A stretch of 64,000 bases of DNA from Torpedo marmorata (Eukaryota). Shown in pieces: positions 48,127 to 60,597 of this stretch. A program made the translations under genes and the position numbers. The stretch spans positions 18,414,001 to 18,478,000 of the forward strand of contig OZ360233.1 of the NCBI GenBank assembly GCA_977017645.1, given 5' to 3'. How positions within the stretch are numbered: the first letter of the stretch is position 1; each line of letters begins with the position of its first letter. The notes beneath the pieces are model-generated. The model was not told the DNA's origin, searched no databases, and worked only from the letters and a program-made list of their open reading frames with translations.

Positions 48127-50104
48127 CACACTGTTGCAAGGAGACTGCAGATCCGAACAAATACTCAGGCTGTGTTCTGCAAAGTGCATTCAATAGAGGG
48201 CGCTCCGAACAGGGAAACAGGTGCTGATGCATTGGATTCCAGTGAGCGGCACGTGGTGCCATTCAGAGGACGACACTCAGCGAAAAAAGTCACCAGAACA
48301 TTAGCAATTCGTCTTTGATACAATTCGTACGCATAAGCACAAAGAAGCAATTAAGATCGCATTAACGGGGCATCTTAGTGTTTATTATTACCGTTTATCT
48401 ACAACAAGATACAACAGTTGACAACCTTTGCCGAAATCGTATTTAAAATACTTTGATCAAGTTCGCCGGAACAGTTACAGCGAGGATAGAGGGAAACATG
48501 GAGATTGAGTGACTTTCTTCATTCCCGAAAGATCGTATAAGGTGTCACGCGAAAGGCTACTGCACAGAATATACACCAGTAAGAGCCTTCTGAGTGGATG
48601 AAGGAATCGACGCTTTAAAGGAAAACAATATAGTGGAGCCAAAAGGGCGATTTTCAGATGCACAATTAATTACTGGTAGAGATCTACAGGTTTCAATCTG
48701 TTGTCTCATCGTGTGATTATCCACGTTGATTATCTCGAGGAAATGGCCATGCGCGATATAAAATTGGTGATTGATACAGTGACACGTGGGTTAACAAGGA
48801 GTGAGTAGGAAGAGTAATGGAGAGGGGGGAGTGAGTAGTTCTCAGTGTTCAGAAGTATGACGAAGAAGAGAGAGAGAAAGAGAGAAAGTGAGAGAGAGAG
48901 AAAGAGAGAGAGAGAGGAAGAGAGAGAGAGTGTGAGAGAGAGAGGAAAATATGGTAGAGATCAGAGAGAGGGAGATATATAAGAAATATGAAGAGAGTGA
49001 AAAGACAGAGAAAAGACATTGTGAATGGCGACGCACTTGGCTCAGCTCTGTTTCACCAGAAAATCTTGAGGAGAGAGAGGGAGAAAGGGCAAGGCGAGAG
49101 AGAGGTGGCGATGCAGGGAATGGCGAGGAAGCAGCGTTAAGAAGATGTCAAAAACAGGTAAGCAGAGAGATGGCGAGAAATATAAAGGGAAAGAAAGAGA
49201 GAGTGAAAGAGAGAGAGAGTGAGTGAGAGAGAGAGAGAAAGAAGGATGAGAGAAATGGAGATAGAGATTGTGGTGGAGGGAGAAATAAAAAGGGGCTCTG
49301 GTACAAATGACCGGGAAAAGGTGACCAGGATAGAGGAGATGATGGTCAGAAAAACGTCAGAATGATTGCGACATGGTCGCAATTACGCAGGAGGTAGAGA
49401 GACAGTAAGGGCGGCGCTGTGAGCAAGGACAAGAGAGAAGCAGCGGGAAATATAGAAAGAATAACGGAGGAAGAGAAAGACAGATAGAGAAAACAAATGG
49501 AGAGTGAGGCAGCATTGAAGCTCACCCTGAGAGGTTTGACGATGCTGACTAGAGGGCGTTCTCAGCCCGGAACTCTGGTGTCCGTACATGCCCTGGATAT
49601 CGATGCAACAGATCGAATAATCGACAGGTGTGAAGCCATGACAAGATTTCCCAAACGTTGACTCCACCAGAATGGACAGATTCTCACGAGAGGGCGTTTT
49701 CATGCTGCAGAACATGTGACGGATCTTCAACCTCCACAGAGCGAGAGAGCGAGAGGGAGAGAGAGAGAAAGAATGTGTGTGTGTGTGTGTGTGTGTGTGA
49801 GAGGGAGAGAGAGAGAGAGAGAGAGAGAGGAGATAGGAGGGTGAATGATAGAGTGATAGAGCAGTGGAGTCAGAGAGGGAGAGAAATACTGTATATAAAC
49901 TGAATGTAATACAGGCAATGAGATTAATTGAAACAGCACAGATACTGATTGGTGCGTTTAACTGCTCATCTCTGTTTACGTCAGCCCAGCAGGAGGGCCA
50001 CGCCCCCTGACTGACTGCTGATATAACCTTACTCTCCAATATCGGTGAAGAAGCGTTAAGGTCGTCAAGTATACTGCCGTTTGATCGCCCCTGACGCCAG
50101 TACC

Positions 50105-50537
50105 ATGCGTTCGGCGTGTTGCTTCCTGATGATATTAACCACGTTGCCCGGTGAGTTTCTGTCTAATTGTTCAGCAAGTGACCCACAAGTTGAACACGCT
50201 CCTGGATTGTCCAATCATTATGTCATTTTTTTGCAGGGACGAGTGGGAAAGATTCAGTGACCCAGGACCCTCCTGAAATTACGGCCGAGGAAGGGGAGAC
50301 GATAATAATGAACTGTACGTACACGACAGCAAATATAAATATATTTTGGTACATGCAACATCGCGGGGAATCTCCAAAATACTTGCTGACGATATATAGC
50401 ACAGGAAACATGAAACGGTCACCAGAATGTGAGGAGAGGTTTACGTCTGCGTTAGAAAAAGTCAGCAAGATGGCTCATCTACATATTTCCGGGAGGGTTG
50501 TGTCGGACTCCGCCGTGTATCTTTGCGCCACGGAGCC
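50105..50537 (+). CDS. TRAV: TCR alpha/delta V segment, family A, intact (exons 50105-50150, 50237-50537)
   Basis: Near-identical to the 45224 gene (ISGRVV vs ISGTVV). RSS: CACACTG 50538-50544, 23 bp, ACAAATACT. Confidence 0.9.
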
Positions 50538-51651
50538 CACACTGTTGGAAGGAGATTGCAGATCCGAACAAATACTAAGGCTGTGTTCTGCAAAGTTCAT
50601 TCAATAGAGGGCGCTCCGAACAGGGAAACAGGTGCTGATGCATTGGATTACAGTGAGCGTCACGTGGTGCCCTTCAGAGGTCGACACGCAGCGAAAAAAG
50701 TCACCAGAACCTTAGCAATTCGTCTTTGATACAATTCGTACGCATAAGCACAAAGAAGCAATTAAGATCGCATCTTAGTGGTTATTATTACCGTTTATCT
50801 ACAACAAGATACAACAGTTGACAACCTTTGCCGAAATCGTATTTAAAACATTTTGATCAAGTTCGCCGAAATAGTTACAGCGAGCATAGAGGGAAACATG
50901 GAGATTGAGTGACTTTTTTCATTCCCGAAAGATCGTATAAGGTGTCACGCGAAAGGCTGCTGCACAGAATATACACCAGTTAGAGCCTTCTGAGTGGATG
51001 AGGGAATCGATGCGTTAAAGGAAAACAATATAGTGGAGCAAAAAAGGGCGATTTGCAGATGCACAATCAATTACTGGTAGAGATCTACAGGTTTCAATGT
51101 GTTGTCTCATCGAGTGATTATCCACGTTGATTATCTCGAGGAAATGACCATGCCTGATATACAATTGGGGATTGATACAGTGACACGTGGGTTAACAAGG
51201 AGTGAGTAGGAAGAGTAATGGAGAGGAGGACTGAGTCGTTCTCAGTGTTCAGAGAGTATGACCAAAGAGAGAGAGAGAGAGAGGAAGAGAGAGAGAGAGA
51301 GAGTGAGAGAGAGAGAGAGAGGGAGAGAGAGAGGGCGAGGGAGAGCGAGTGAGAGAGTGATAGAGAGAGAGGAAAATATGGTAGAGATCAGAGAGAGGGA
51401 GATATATGAGAAATATGAAGAGAGTGAAAAGACAGAGAAAAAAGACATTGTGAATGGCGACGCACTTGGCTCAGCTCTGTTTCACCAGAAAATCTTGATG
51501 AGAGAGAGGGAGAAAGGGCAAGGCGAGAGAGAGGTGGCGATGCAGGGAATGGCGAGGAAGGAGCGTTAAGAAGATGTCAAAAACAGGTAAGCAGAGAGAT
51601 GGCGAGAAATATAGAGGGAAAGAAAGAAAGAGTGAAAGAGAGATTGAGGGG

Positions 51652-51682
<31 letters not shown>

Positions 51683-52223
51683 TAGACAGAGAGAGAGAGA
51701 AGGATGGGAGAAATAGAGATAGAGATTGTGGTGGAGGGAGAAAGAAAAAGGGGCTCTGGTACAAATGACCGGGAAAAGGTGACCAGGAGATCTTGGTCAG
51801 AAGAACGTCAGAATCATTGCGACATGGTCGGAATTACGCAGGAGGAAGAGAGACAGTAAGGGCGGCGCTGTGAGCAAAGACAAGAGAGAAGCAGCGGGAA
51901 ATATAGAAAGAATAATGGAGGAAGAGAAAGACAGATAGAGGAGACAAATGGACAGTGAGACAGCATTGAAGCTCACCCTGAGAGGTTTGACGATGCTCAC
52001 TAGAGGGCGTTCTACGCCCCGGAGCTCTGGTGTACGCACATGCCCTGGATATCGATGCAACAGGTCGACTAATCGACAGGTGTGAAGCCATGACAAGATT
52101 GCCCAAACGTTGACTCCACCAGAATGGACAGTATCTCACGAGAGGGCGTTTTCATGCCGCAGAACGTGTGACGGATCTTCAAGCTCCACAGAGCGAGAGA
52201 GCGAGAGAGAGAGAGAGAAAGAA

Positions 52224-52277
<54 letters not shown>

Positions 52278-52576
52278 TGAGAGGGCGAGAGAGAGAGAGA
52301 GGAGATAGGAGGGTGAATGATAGAGTGATAGAGCAGTGTAGTCAGAGACGGAGAGAAATACTGTATATAAACTGAATGTAAAACAGGCAATGAGATTAAT
52401 TGAAACAGCGCAGATACTGATTGGTGCGTTTAACAGCTCATCTCTGTTTACGTCAGCCCTGCAGGTGGGCCACGCCCCCTGACTGACTACTGATATGACC
52501 TTACTCCCCAATATCGGTGAAGAAGCGTTAAGGTCGTCAAGTATACTGCCGTTTGATCGCCCCTGACGCCAGTACC

Positions 52577-53008
52577 ATGCGTTCCGTGTGTTGCTTCCTG
52601 ATGATATTGACCACGTTGCCCGGTTAGTTTCTGTCTAATTGTTCAGCAAGTGTCCCACAAGTTGAACACGCTCCTGGATTGTCCAATCATTGTGTCATTT
52701 TTTGCAGGGACGAGTGGGAAAGATTCAGTGACCCAGGACCCTCCTGAAATAACGGCCGAGGAAGGGGAGACGATAATAATGAACTGTACTTACACGATAG
52801 CAAATAGAAATATATTTTGGTACATGCAACATCGCGGGGAATCCCCAAAATACTTGCTGAATATATATAGTACAGGAAAGATTATACGGTCTCCAGAATG
52901 TGAGGAGAGGTTTACTTCTGCGTTAGAAAAAGACAGCAAGATGGCTCATCTACATATTTCCGGGACGCTTGTGTCGGACTCCGCCGTGTATCTCTGCGCC
53001 ATGGAGGC
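52577..53008 (+). CDS. TRAV: TCR alpha/delta V segment, family A, intact (exons 52577-52622, 52708-53008)
   Basis: Near-identical to the 47695 gene; donor GTTAGT. RSS: CACACTG 53009-53015, 23 bp, ACAAATACT. Confidence 0.88.
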
Positions 53009-53767
53009 CACACTGTTGCAAGGAGACTGCAGATCCGAACAAATACTCAGGCTGTGTTCTGAAAAGTGCATTCAATAGAGGGCGCTCCGAACAGGGAAAC
53101 AGGTGCTGATGCATTGGATTCCCGCGAGCGGCACGTGGTGCCCTTCAGAGGACGACACTCAGCGAAAAAAGTCACCAGAACTTTAGCAATTCGTCTTTGA
53201 TACAATTCGTACGCATAAGCACAAAGAAGCAATTAAGATGGCATTAACGGGGCATCTTAGTGTTTATTATTACCGTTTATCTACAACAAGATACAACAGT
53301 TGACAACCTTTGCCGAAATCGTATTTAAAACACTTTGATCAAGTTCGCCGGAACAGTTACAGCGAAGATAGAGGGAAACACGGAGATTGAGTGACTTTTT
53401 TCATTCCCGAAAGATCGTATAAGGTGTCACGCGAAAGGCTACTGCACAGAATATACACCAGTCAGAGCCTTCTGAGTGGATGAGGGAATCGGCGCGTTGA
53501 AGGAAAACAATATAGTTGAGCAAAAAAGGGCGATTTTCAGATGCACAATTAATTACTGGTAGAGATCTACAGGATTCAATGTGTTGTCTCATCGAGTGAT
53601 TATCCACGTTGATTATCTCGAGGAAATGACCATGCCTGATATACAATTGGGGATTGATACAGTGACACGTGGGTTAACAAGGAGTGAGTAGGAAGAGTAA
53701 TGGAGAGGAGGACTGAGTCGTTCTCAGTGTTCAGAGAGTATGACCAAAGAGAGAGAGAGAGAGAGGA

Positions 53768-53805
<38 letters not shown>

Positions 53806-54699
53806 GGAGAGAGAGAGGGAGAGGGAGAGCGAGTGAGAGAGTGATAGAGAGAGAGGAAAATATGGTAGAGATCAGAGAGAGGGAGATATATGGGAAATAT
53901 GAAGAGAGTGAAAAGACAGAGAAAAAAGACATTGTGAATGGCGACGCACTTGGCTCAGCTCTGTTTCACCAGAAAATCTTGAGGAGAGAGAGGGAGAAAG
54001 GTTAAGGCGGGAGAGAGTTGGCGATGCAGGAAATGGCGAGGAAGGAGCGTTAAGAAGATGTCAAAAACAGGTAAGCAGAGAGATGGCGAGAAATATAGAG
54101 GGAAAGAAAGAAAGAGTGAAAGAGAGATTGAGGGGAGAGAGAAGAGAGAGAGAGAGTGAGAGAGAGAGACAGAGAGAGAGAAGGATGAGAGAAATAGAGA
54201 TAGAGATTGTGGTGGAGGGAGAAAGAAAAAGGGGCTTTGGTACAAATGAACGGGAAAAGGTGACCAGGAGATCTTGGTCAGAAGAACGTCAGAATCATTG
54301 CGACATGGTCGGAATTACGCAGGAGGAAGAGAGGCAGTAAGGGCGGCGCTGTGAGCAAGGACAAGAGAGAAGCAGCGGGAAATATAGAAAAAATAATGGA
54401 GGAAGAGAAAGACAGATAGAGGAGACAAATGGAGAGTGAGGCAGCATTGAAGCTCACCCTGAGAGGTTTGACGATGCTCACTAGAGGGCGTTCTCTGCCC
54501 GGAACTCTGGTGTCCGTACATGCCCTGGATATCCATGCAACAGATCGACTAATCGACAGGTGTGAAGCCATGACAAGATTGCCCAAACGTTGACTCCACC
54601 AGAATGGACAGTATCACACGAGAGGGCGTTTTCATGCCGCAGAACGTGTGACGGATCTTCAAGCTCCACAGAGCGAGAGAGCGAGAGAGACAGAAAGAA

Positions 54700-54734
<35 letters not shown>

Positions 54735-55048
54735 TAGTGAGAGGAAGAGAGAGAGAGAGAGAGTGAGAGAGAGGAGATAGCATGGTGAATGATAGAGTGA
54801 TAGAGCAGTGGAGTCAGAGAGGGAGAGAAATACTGTATATAAACTGAATGTAAAACAGGCAATGAAATTAATTGAAACATCGCAGGTACTGATTGGTGCG
54901 TTTAACATCTCATCTCTGTTTACGTCAACCCTGCAGGTTGGCCACGCCCCCTTACTGACTACTGATATGACCTTACTCTCCAATATCGGTGAAGAAGCGT
55001 TAAGGTCGTCATGTATACTGCCGTTTGATCGCCCCTGACGCCAGTACC

Positions 55049-55481
55049 ATGCGTTCCGTGTGTTGCTTCCTGATGATATTGACCACGTTGCCCGGTGAGT
55101 TTCTGTCTAATTGTTCAGCAAGTGTCCCACAAGTTGAACACGCTCCTGGATTGTCCAATCATTGTGTCATTTTTTTGCAGGGACGAGTGGGAAAGATTCA
55201 GTGACCCAGGACCCTCCTGAAATAACGGCCGAGGAAGGGGAGACGATAATAATGAACTGTACTTACACGATAGCAAATAGAAATATATTTTGGTACATGC
55301 AACATCCCGGGGAATCCCCAAAATACTTGCTGAAGATATATAGCACAGGAAAGATTATACGGTCTCCAGAATGTGAGGAGAGGTTTACTTCTGCGTTAGA
55401 AAAAGGCAGCAAGATGGCTCATCTACATATTTCCGGGACGCTTGTGTCGGACTCCGCCGTGTATCTCTGCGCCATGGAGCC
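55049..55481 (+). CDS. TRAV: TCR alpha/delta V segment, family A, intact (exons 55049-55094, 55181-55481)
   Basis: QHPGESPKYLLKIYSTGKIIRSPECEERF...YLCAME. RSS: CACACTG 55482-55488, 23 bp, ACAAATACT 55512-55520. Confidence 0.9.
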
Positions 55482-57523
55482 CACACTGTTGCAAGGAGAT
55501 TGCTGATCCGAACAAATACTCAGGCTGTGTTCTGCAAAGTGCATTCAATAGAGGGCGCTCCGAACAGGGAAACAGGTGCTGATGCATTGGATTCCAGCGA
55601 GCGTCACGTGATGCCCTTCAGAGGACGACACTCAGCGAAAAAAGTCACCAGAACTTTAGCAATTCGTCTTTGATACAATTCGTACGCATAAGCACAAAGA
55701 AGCAATTAAGATCGCATTAACGGGGCATCTTAGTGTTTATTATTACCGTTTATCTACAACAAGATACAACAGTTGACAACCTTTGCCGAAATCGTATTTC
55801 AAACACTTTGATCAAGTTCGCCGAAATAGTTACAGCGAAAATAGAGGGAAACACGGAGATTGAGTGACTTTTTTCATTCCCGAAAGATCGTATAAGGTGT
55901 CACGCGAAAGGCTACTGCACAGAATATACACCAGTTAGAGCCTTCTGAGTGGATGAGGGAATCGGCGCGTTGAAAGAAAACAATATAGTGGAGCAAAAAA
56001 GGGCGATTTTCAGATGCACAATTAATTACTGGTAGAGATCTACAGGATTCAATGTGTTGTCTCATCGAGTGATTATCCACGTTGATTATCTCGAGGAAAT
56101 GACCATGCCTGATATACAATTGGGGATTGATACAGTGACACGTGGGTTAACAAGGAGTGAGTAGGAAGAGTAATGGAGAGGAGGACTGAGTCGTTGTCAG
56201 TGTTNNNNNNNNNNNNNNNNNNNNNNNNNNNNNNNNNNNNNNNNNNNNNNNNNNNNNNNNNNNNNNNNNNNNNNNNNNNNNNNNNNNNNNNNNNNNNNNN
56301 NNNNNNNNNNNNNNNNNNNNNNNNNNNNNNNNNNNNNNNNNNNNNNNNNATCAGAGAGAGGGAGATATATGGGAAATATGAAGAGAGTGAAAAGACAGAG
56401 AAAAAAGACATTGTGAATGGCGACGCACTTGGCTCAGCTCTGTTTCACCAGAAAATCTTGAGGAGAGAGAGGGAGAAAGGGCAAGGCGAGAGAGAGGTGG
56501 CGATGCAGGAAATGGCGAGGAAGGAGCGTTAAGAAGATGTCAAAAACAGGTAAGCAGAGAGATGGCGAGAAATATAGAGGGAAAGAAAGAAAGAGTGAAA
56601 GAGAGATTGAGGGGAGAGAGAAGAGAGAGAGAGAGAGAGAGACAGAGAGAGAGAATGATGAGAGAAATAGAGATAGAGATTGTGGTGGAGGGAGAAAGAA
56701 AAAGGGGCTTTGGTACAAATGAACGGGAAAAGGTGACCAGGAGATCTTGGTCAGAAGAACGTCAGAATCATTGCGACATGGTCTGAATTACGCAGGAGGA
56801 AGAGAGACAGTAAGGGCGGCGCTGTGAGCAAGGACAAGAGAGTAGCTGCGGGAAATATAGAAAAAATAATGGAGGAAGAGAAAGACAGATAGAGGAGACA
56901 AATGGAGAGTGAGGCAGCATTGAAGCTCACCCTGAGAGGTTTGACGATGCTCACTAGAGGGCGTTCTCAGCCCGGAACTCTGGTGTCCGTACATGCCCTG
57001 GATATCGATGCAACAGATCGACTAATCGACAGGTGTGAAGCCATGACAAGATTGCCCAAACGTTGACTCCACCAGAATGGACAGTATCACACGAGAGGGC
57101 GTTTTCATGCCGCAGAACGTGTGACGGANNNNNNNNNNNNNNNNNNNNNNNNNNNNNNNNNNNNNNNNNNNNNNNNNNNNNNNNNNNNNNNNNNNNNNNN
57201 NNNNNNNNNNNNNNNNNNNNNNNNNNNNNNNNNNNNNNNNNNNNNNNNNNNNNNNNNNNNNNAATGATAGAGTGATAGAGCAGTGGAGTCAGAGAGGGAG
57301 AGAAATACTGTATATAAACTGAATGTAAAACAGGCAATGAGATTAATTGAAACATCGCAGGTACTGATTGGTGCGTTTAACAGCTCATCTCTGTTTACGT
57401 CAGCCCTGAAGGTTGGCCACGCCCCCTGACTGACTACTGATATGACCTTACTCTCCAATATCGGTGAAGAAGCGTTAAGGTCGTCAAGTATACTGCCGTT
57501 TGATCGCCCCTGACGCCAGTACC

Positions 57524-57956
57524 ATGCGTTCCGTGTGTTGCTTCCTGATGATATTGACCACATTGCCCGGTGAGTTTCTGTCTAATTGTTCAGCAAGTGT
57601 CCCACAAGTTGAAAACGCTCCTGGATTGTCCAATCATTGTGTCATTTTTTTGCAGGGACGAGTGGGAAAGATTCAGTGACCCAGGACCCTCCTGAAATAA
57701 CGGCCGAGGAAGGGGAGACGATAATAATGAACTGTACTTACACGATAGCAAATAGAAATATATTTTGGTACATGCAACATCGCGGGGAATCCCCAAAATA
57801 TTTGCTGAAGATATATAGCACAGGAAAGATTATACTGTCTCCAGAATGTGAGGAGAGGTTTACTTCTGCGTTAGAAAAAGGCAGCAAGATGGCTCATCTA
57901 CATATTTCCGGGACGCTTGTGTCGGACTCCGCCGTGTATCTCTGCGCCATGGAGCC
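57524..57956 (+). CDS. TRAV: TCR alpha/delta V segment, family A, intact (exons 57524-57569, 57656-57956)
   Basis: KIYSTGKIILSPECEERF...YLCAME. RSS: CACACTG 57957-57963, 23 bp, ACAAATACT 57987-57995. Confidence 0.9.
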
Positions 57957-58693
57957 CACACTGTTGCAAGGAGACTGCAGATCCGAACAAATACTCAGGC
58001 TGTGTTCTGCAAAGTGCATTCAATAGAGGGCGCTCCGAACAGGGAAACAGGTGCTGATGCATTGGATTCCAGTGAGCGGCACGTGGTGCCATTCAGAGGA
58101 CGACACTCAGCGACAAAAGTCACCAGAACTTTAGCAATTCGTCTTTGATACAATTCGTGCGCATAAGCACAAAGAAGCAATTAACATCACATTAACGGGA
58201 CATCTTAGTGTTTATTATTACCGTTAATCTACAACAAGATACAACAGTTAACAATCTTTGCCGAAATCGTATTTAAAACACTTTGATCAAGTTCGCCGAA
58301 ATAGTTACAGCGAGGATAGAGGGAAACACGGGGATTGAGTGACTTTTTTCATTCCCGAAAGATCGTATAAGGTGTCACGCGAAAGGCTACTGCACAGAAT
58401 ATACACCAGTTAGAGCCTTCTGAGTGGATGAGGGAATCGACGCGTTAAAGGAAAACAATATAGTGGAGCAAAAAAGGGCGATTTTCAGATGCACAATTAA
58501 TTACCGGTAGAGATCTGCATGATTCAATGTGTTGTCTCATCGAGTGATTATCCACGTTGATTATCTCGAGGAATTGGCCATGCCTGATATACAATTGGGA
58601 ATTGATACAGTGACACGTGGGTTAACAAGGAGTGAGAAGGAAGAGTAATGGACAGGGGGAGTGAGTCGTTTTCAGTGTTCAGAGAGTATGACT

Positions 58694-58727
<34 letters not shown>

Positions 58728-59010
58728 CCAGAGAGAGTGAGAGAGAGAGAGAGGGAAATAAGGTAGAGATCACAGAGAGGGAGATATATAAGGAATATGA
58801 AGAGAGTGAAAAGACAGAGAAGAAAGACATTGTGAATGGCCACGCACTTGGCTCAGCTCTGTTTCGCCAGATAAGATCGCAGCAGGATGACACCCAAGTT
58901 ATTTCACAAAGGGAAGAATGCCCACGGGTCGTATTTTACTGCACAATATAGGTGGAGGTATGAAACCATTGAAAGTAACCTGTCTCTCGCTCGCGTCTGA
59001 CGCCAGACAC

Positions 59011-59416
59011 CCGGCGTGTCTTGGATCCCTATGCTGGCCTTAGTGACAGCCATATCTCTGCTTCAGTGGCCAGAGTGTGTCCCGAGGGTACGTGGAAGCC
59101 CCGGCTGTTAGTTCACTCTGTCCTTCTTTGCAGGAACGAGTGGGAGAGATTTAGTGACCCAGGACCGAGTAAGTACAGACTGCAATACTGAAGTGTAGTT
59201 ACTGGATAGCTGGTGAACATATTTTAGCTACATTCCGCATCGTGAGAGGTTTATAAAGTACTTGCTGAAGGAATTCAACGTAAGAAAGATGCAACGGCCA
59301 CCGGAATGTCCGGAGAGGTTTACCGCTGTTTTTCAGAAAGACAGCAAGATGGCTCATCTAAATATTTCTGGGGTAATGGCATCGGACTCCGTCGTGTATC
59401 TCGGTGCCTTGAAGCC
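59011..59416 (+). pseudogene. Degenerate V pseudogene (17-bp-spacer lineage)
   Basis: RPPECPERFTAVFQKDSKMAHLNISG...VVYLGALK. RSS: CACCCTG 59417-59423, 17 bp, ACAAAAACC 59441-59449. Confidence 0.82.
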
Positions 59417-60265
59417 CACCCTGTTGCAGAGTGGTGGCGAACAAAAACCGACCATGTATGCTGCAAAGAGTTCGCGGTAGCATAAAGGCCAAAGGGATAG
59501 CAAGAAAAACGCGAGGGCACATGGTCTCCATTTAAAGACGACAATCAGAGTCAAATATCGTCCGATCTTCATGAATTAATCCTTAATTCACCTCATAAGT
59601 CCAGGCACAAGTGGAGACATCATTTAGGATTTATGTAATGAGGTCGCCAGAGGGCGCGCTTAGCCGGGAACGAATCGCACGTGACACTCAGAAAAATAAT
59701 TCAGCCAAGCTTCAGGAATTGTTACTGAATGCAAGTCAATACAATTTAGAACATTACACAAGATTTCCAGAACACCTTACTGTCTCTCACCCCGTTGTAT
59801 GCAACACGACATGGCGCTTGAAACCATTGCTGGAAAATGTCTTTCACAACTTTGTTAGAGCTCCCTGAAGTTCTTGCATTGCGGAATACCTAGAGATTCA
59901 GCGAATCTATGTTTGGAGAAAGCACCAGATAAGGTGTTACAACAAGATTGAGCAAGAGATTACTGCCATGTATCGGGGTTTGAACCACTGACGGAAAACT
60001 GTGATGCAAAAATACGTTTATGGGTGGAGACTGAATAAAACTAATGGGGTTTCATGTGGCTCTCATCGGCAGCCTCCTCAGGGAATGACGTGGAAATGGC
60101 GCATAGCATATGACGGATGGGTTAGAAATTTGCGAGGAGAGAGGGAGAAAGACCAGAGGGAGAGAGATGTAAAGCTGGAGTAGAGTGGGACGACACATCA
60201 GCCTCCAGAGAGTGTGTGTGAGAGGTGAGCGAGTGTGAGGGGAGAGATAGAGAGACAGAGAGAGC

Positions 60266-60301
<36 letters not shown>

Positions 60302-60597
60302 GGGAGAGAGAAAGAAATAAGAATGAGGGAAATGGAGAAATGGGTGAATGGCAGAGATAGAGAAGTAGAGTCATAGAGAAAAATAAATAAACAGCAATTA
60401 ATTCAGGCAATGAGATGAATTGAAACAGTGCAGATTCTGATTGGTGCCTTTATCACGTCTGCTCTGTTTACCAGTCAGACATGCAGGTGAGCCACGCCCC
60501 CAGTCTGACCGCTGATATGACTTTACTCACCAATGTCGGTGAAGTGGCGGTAAGTTCGTCAATGTAAACTGCGTTGATCGCGCCTGACGCCAGTACC

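Larger units (their letters stand above)
42600..58870 (+). repeat. Tandem array of seven ~2.4-2.5-kb V-gene units with a ~4.88-kb higher-order dimer
   Basis: ATGs at 42806, 45224, 47695, 50105, 52577, 55049 and 57524 (spacings 2418, 2471, 2410, 2472, 2472, 2475). Confidence 0.93.

Noticed and set aside
20037-57956. NAR-TCR / IgNAR-like or IgH-like V cassettes (V-D-J plus a leaderless supporting V-delta)
   Set aside because: All intact V have their own leaders and TCR alpha/delta-like motifs. I found no D segments, 12-spacer RSSs or FGXG/WGXG J segments, and no CDR1 Cys.
42600-58870. Regular repeats suggestive of a CRISPR-like or prokaryotic system
   Set aside because: Units are ~2.45-kb intron-containing V-gene duplicates in vertebrate DNA; there is no short repeat-spacer array and no cas gene.
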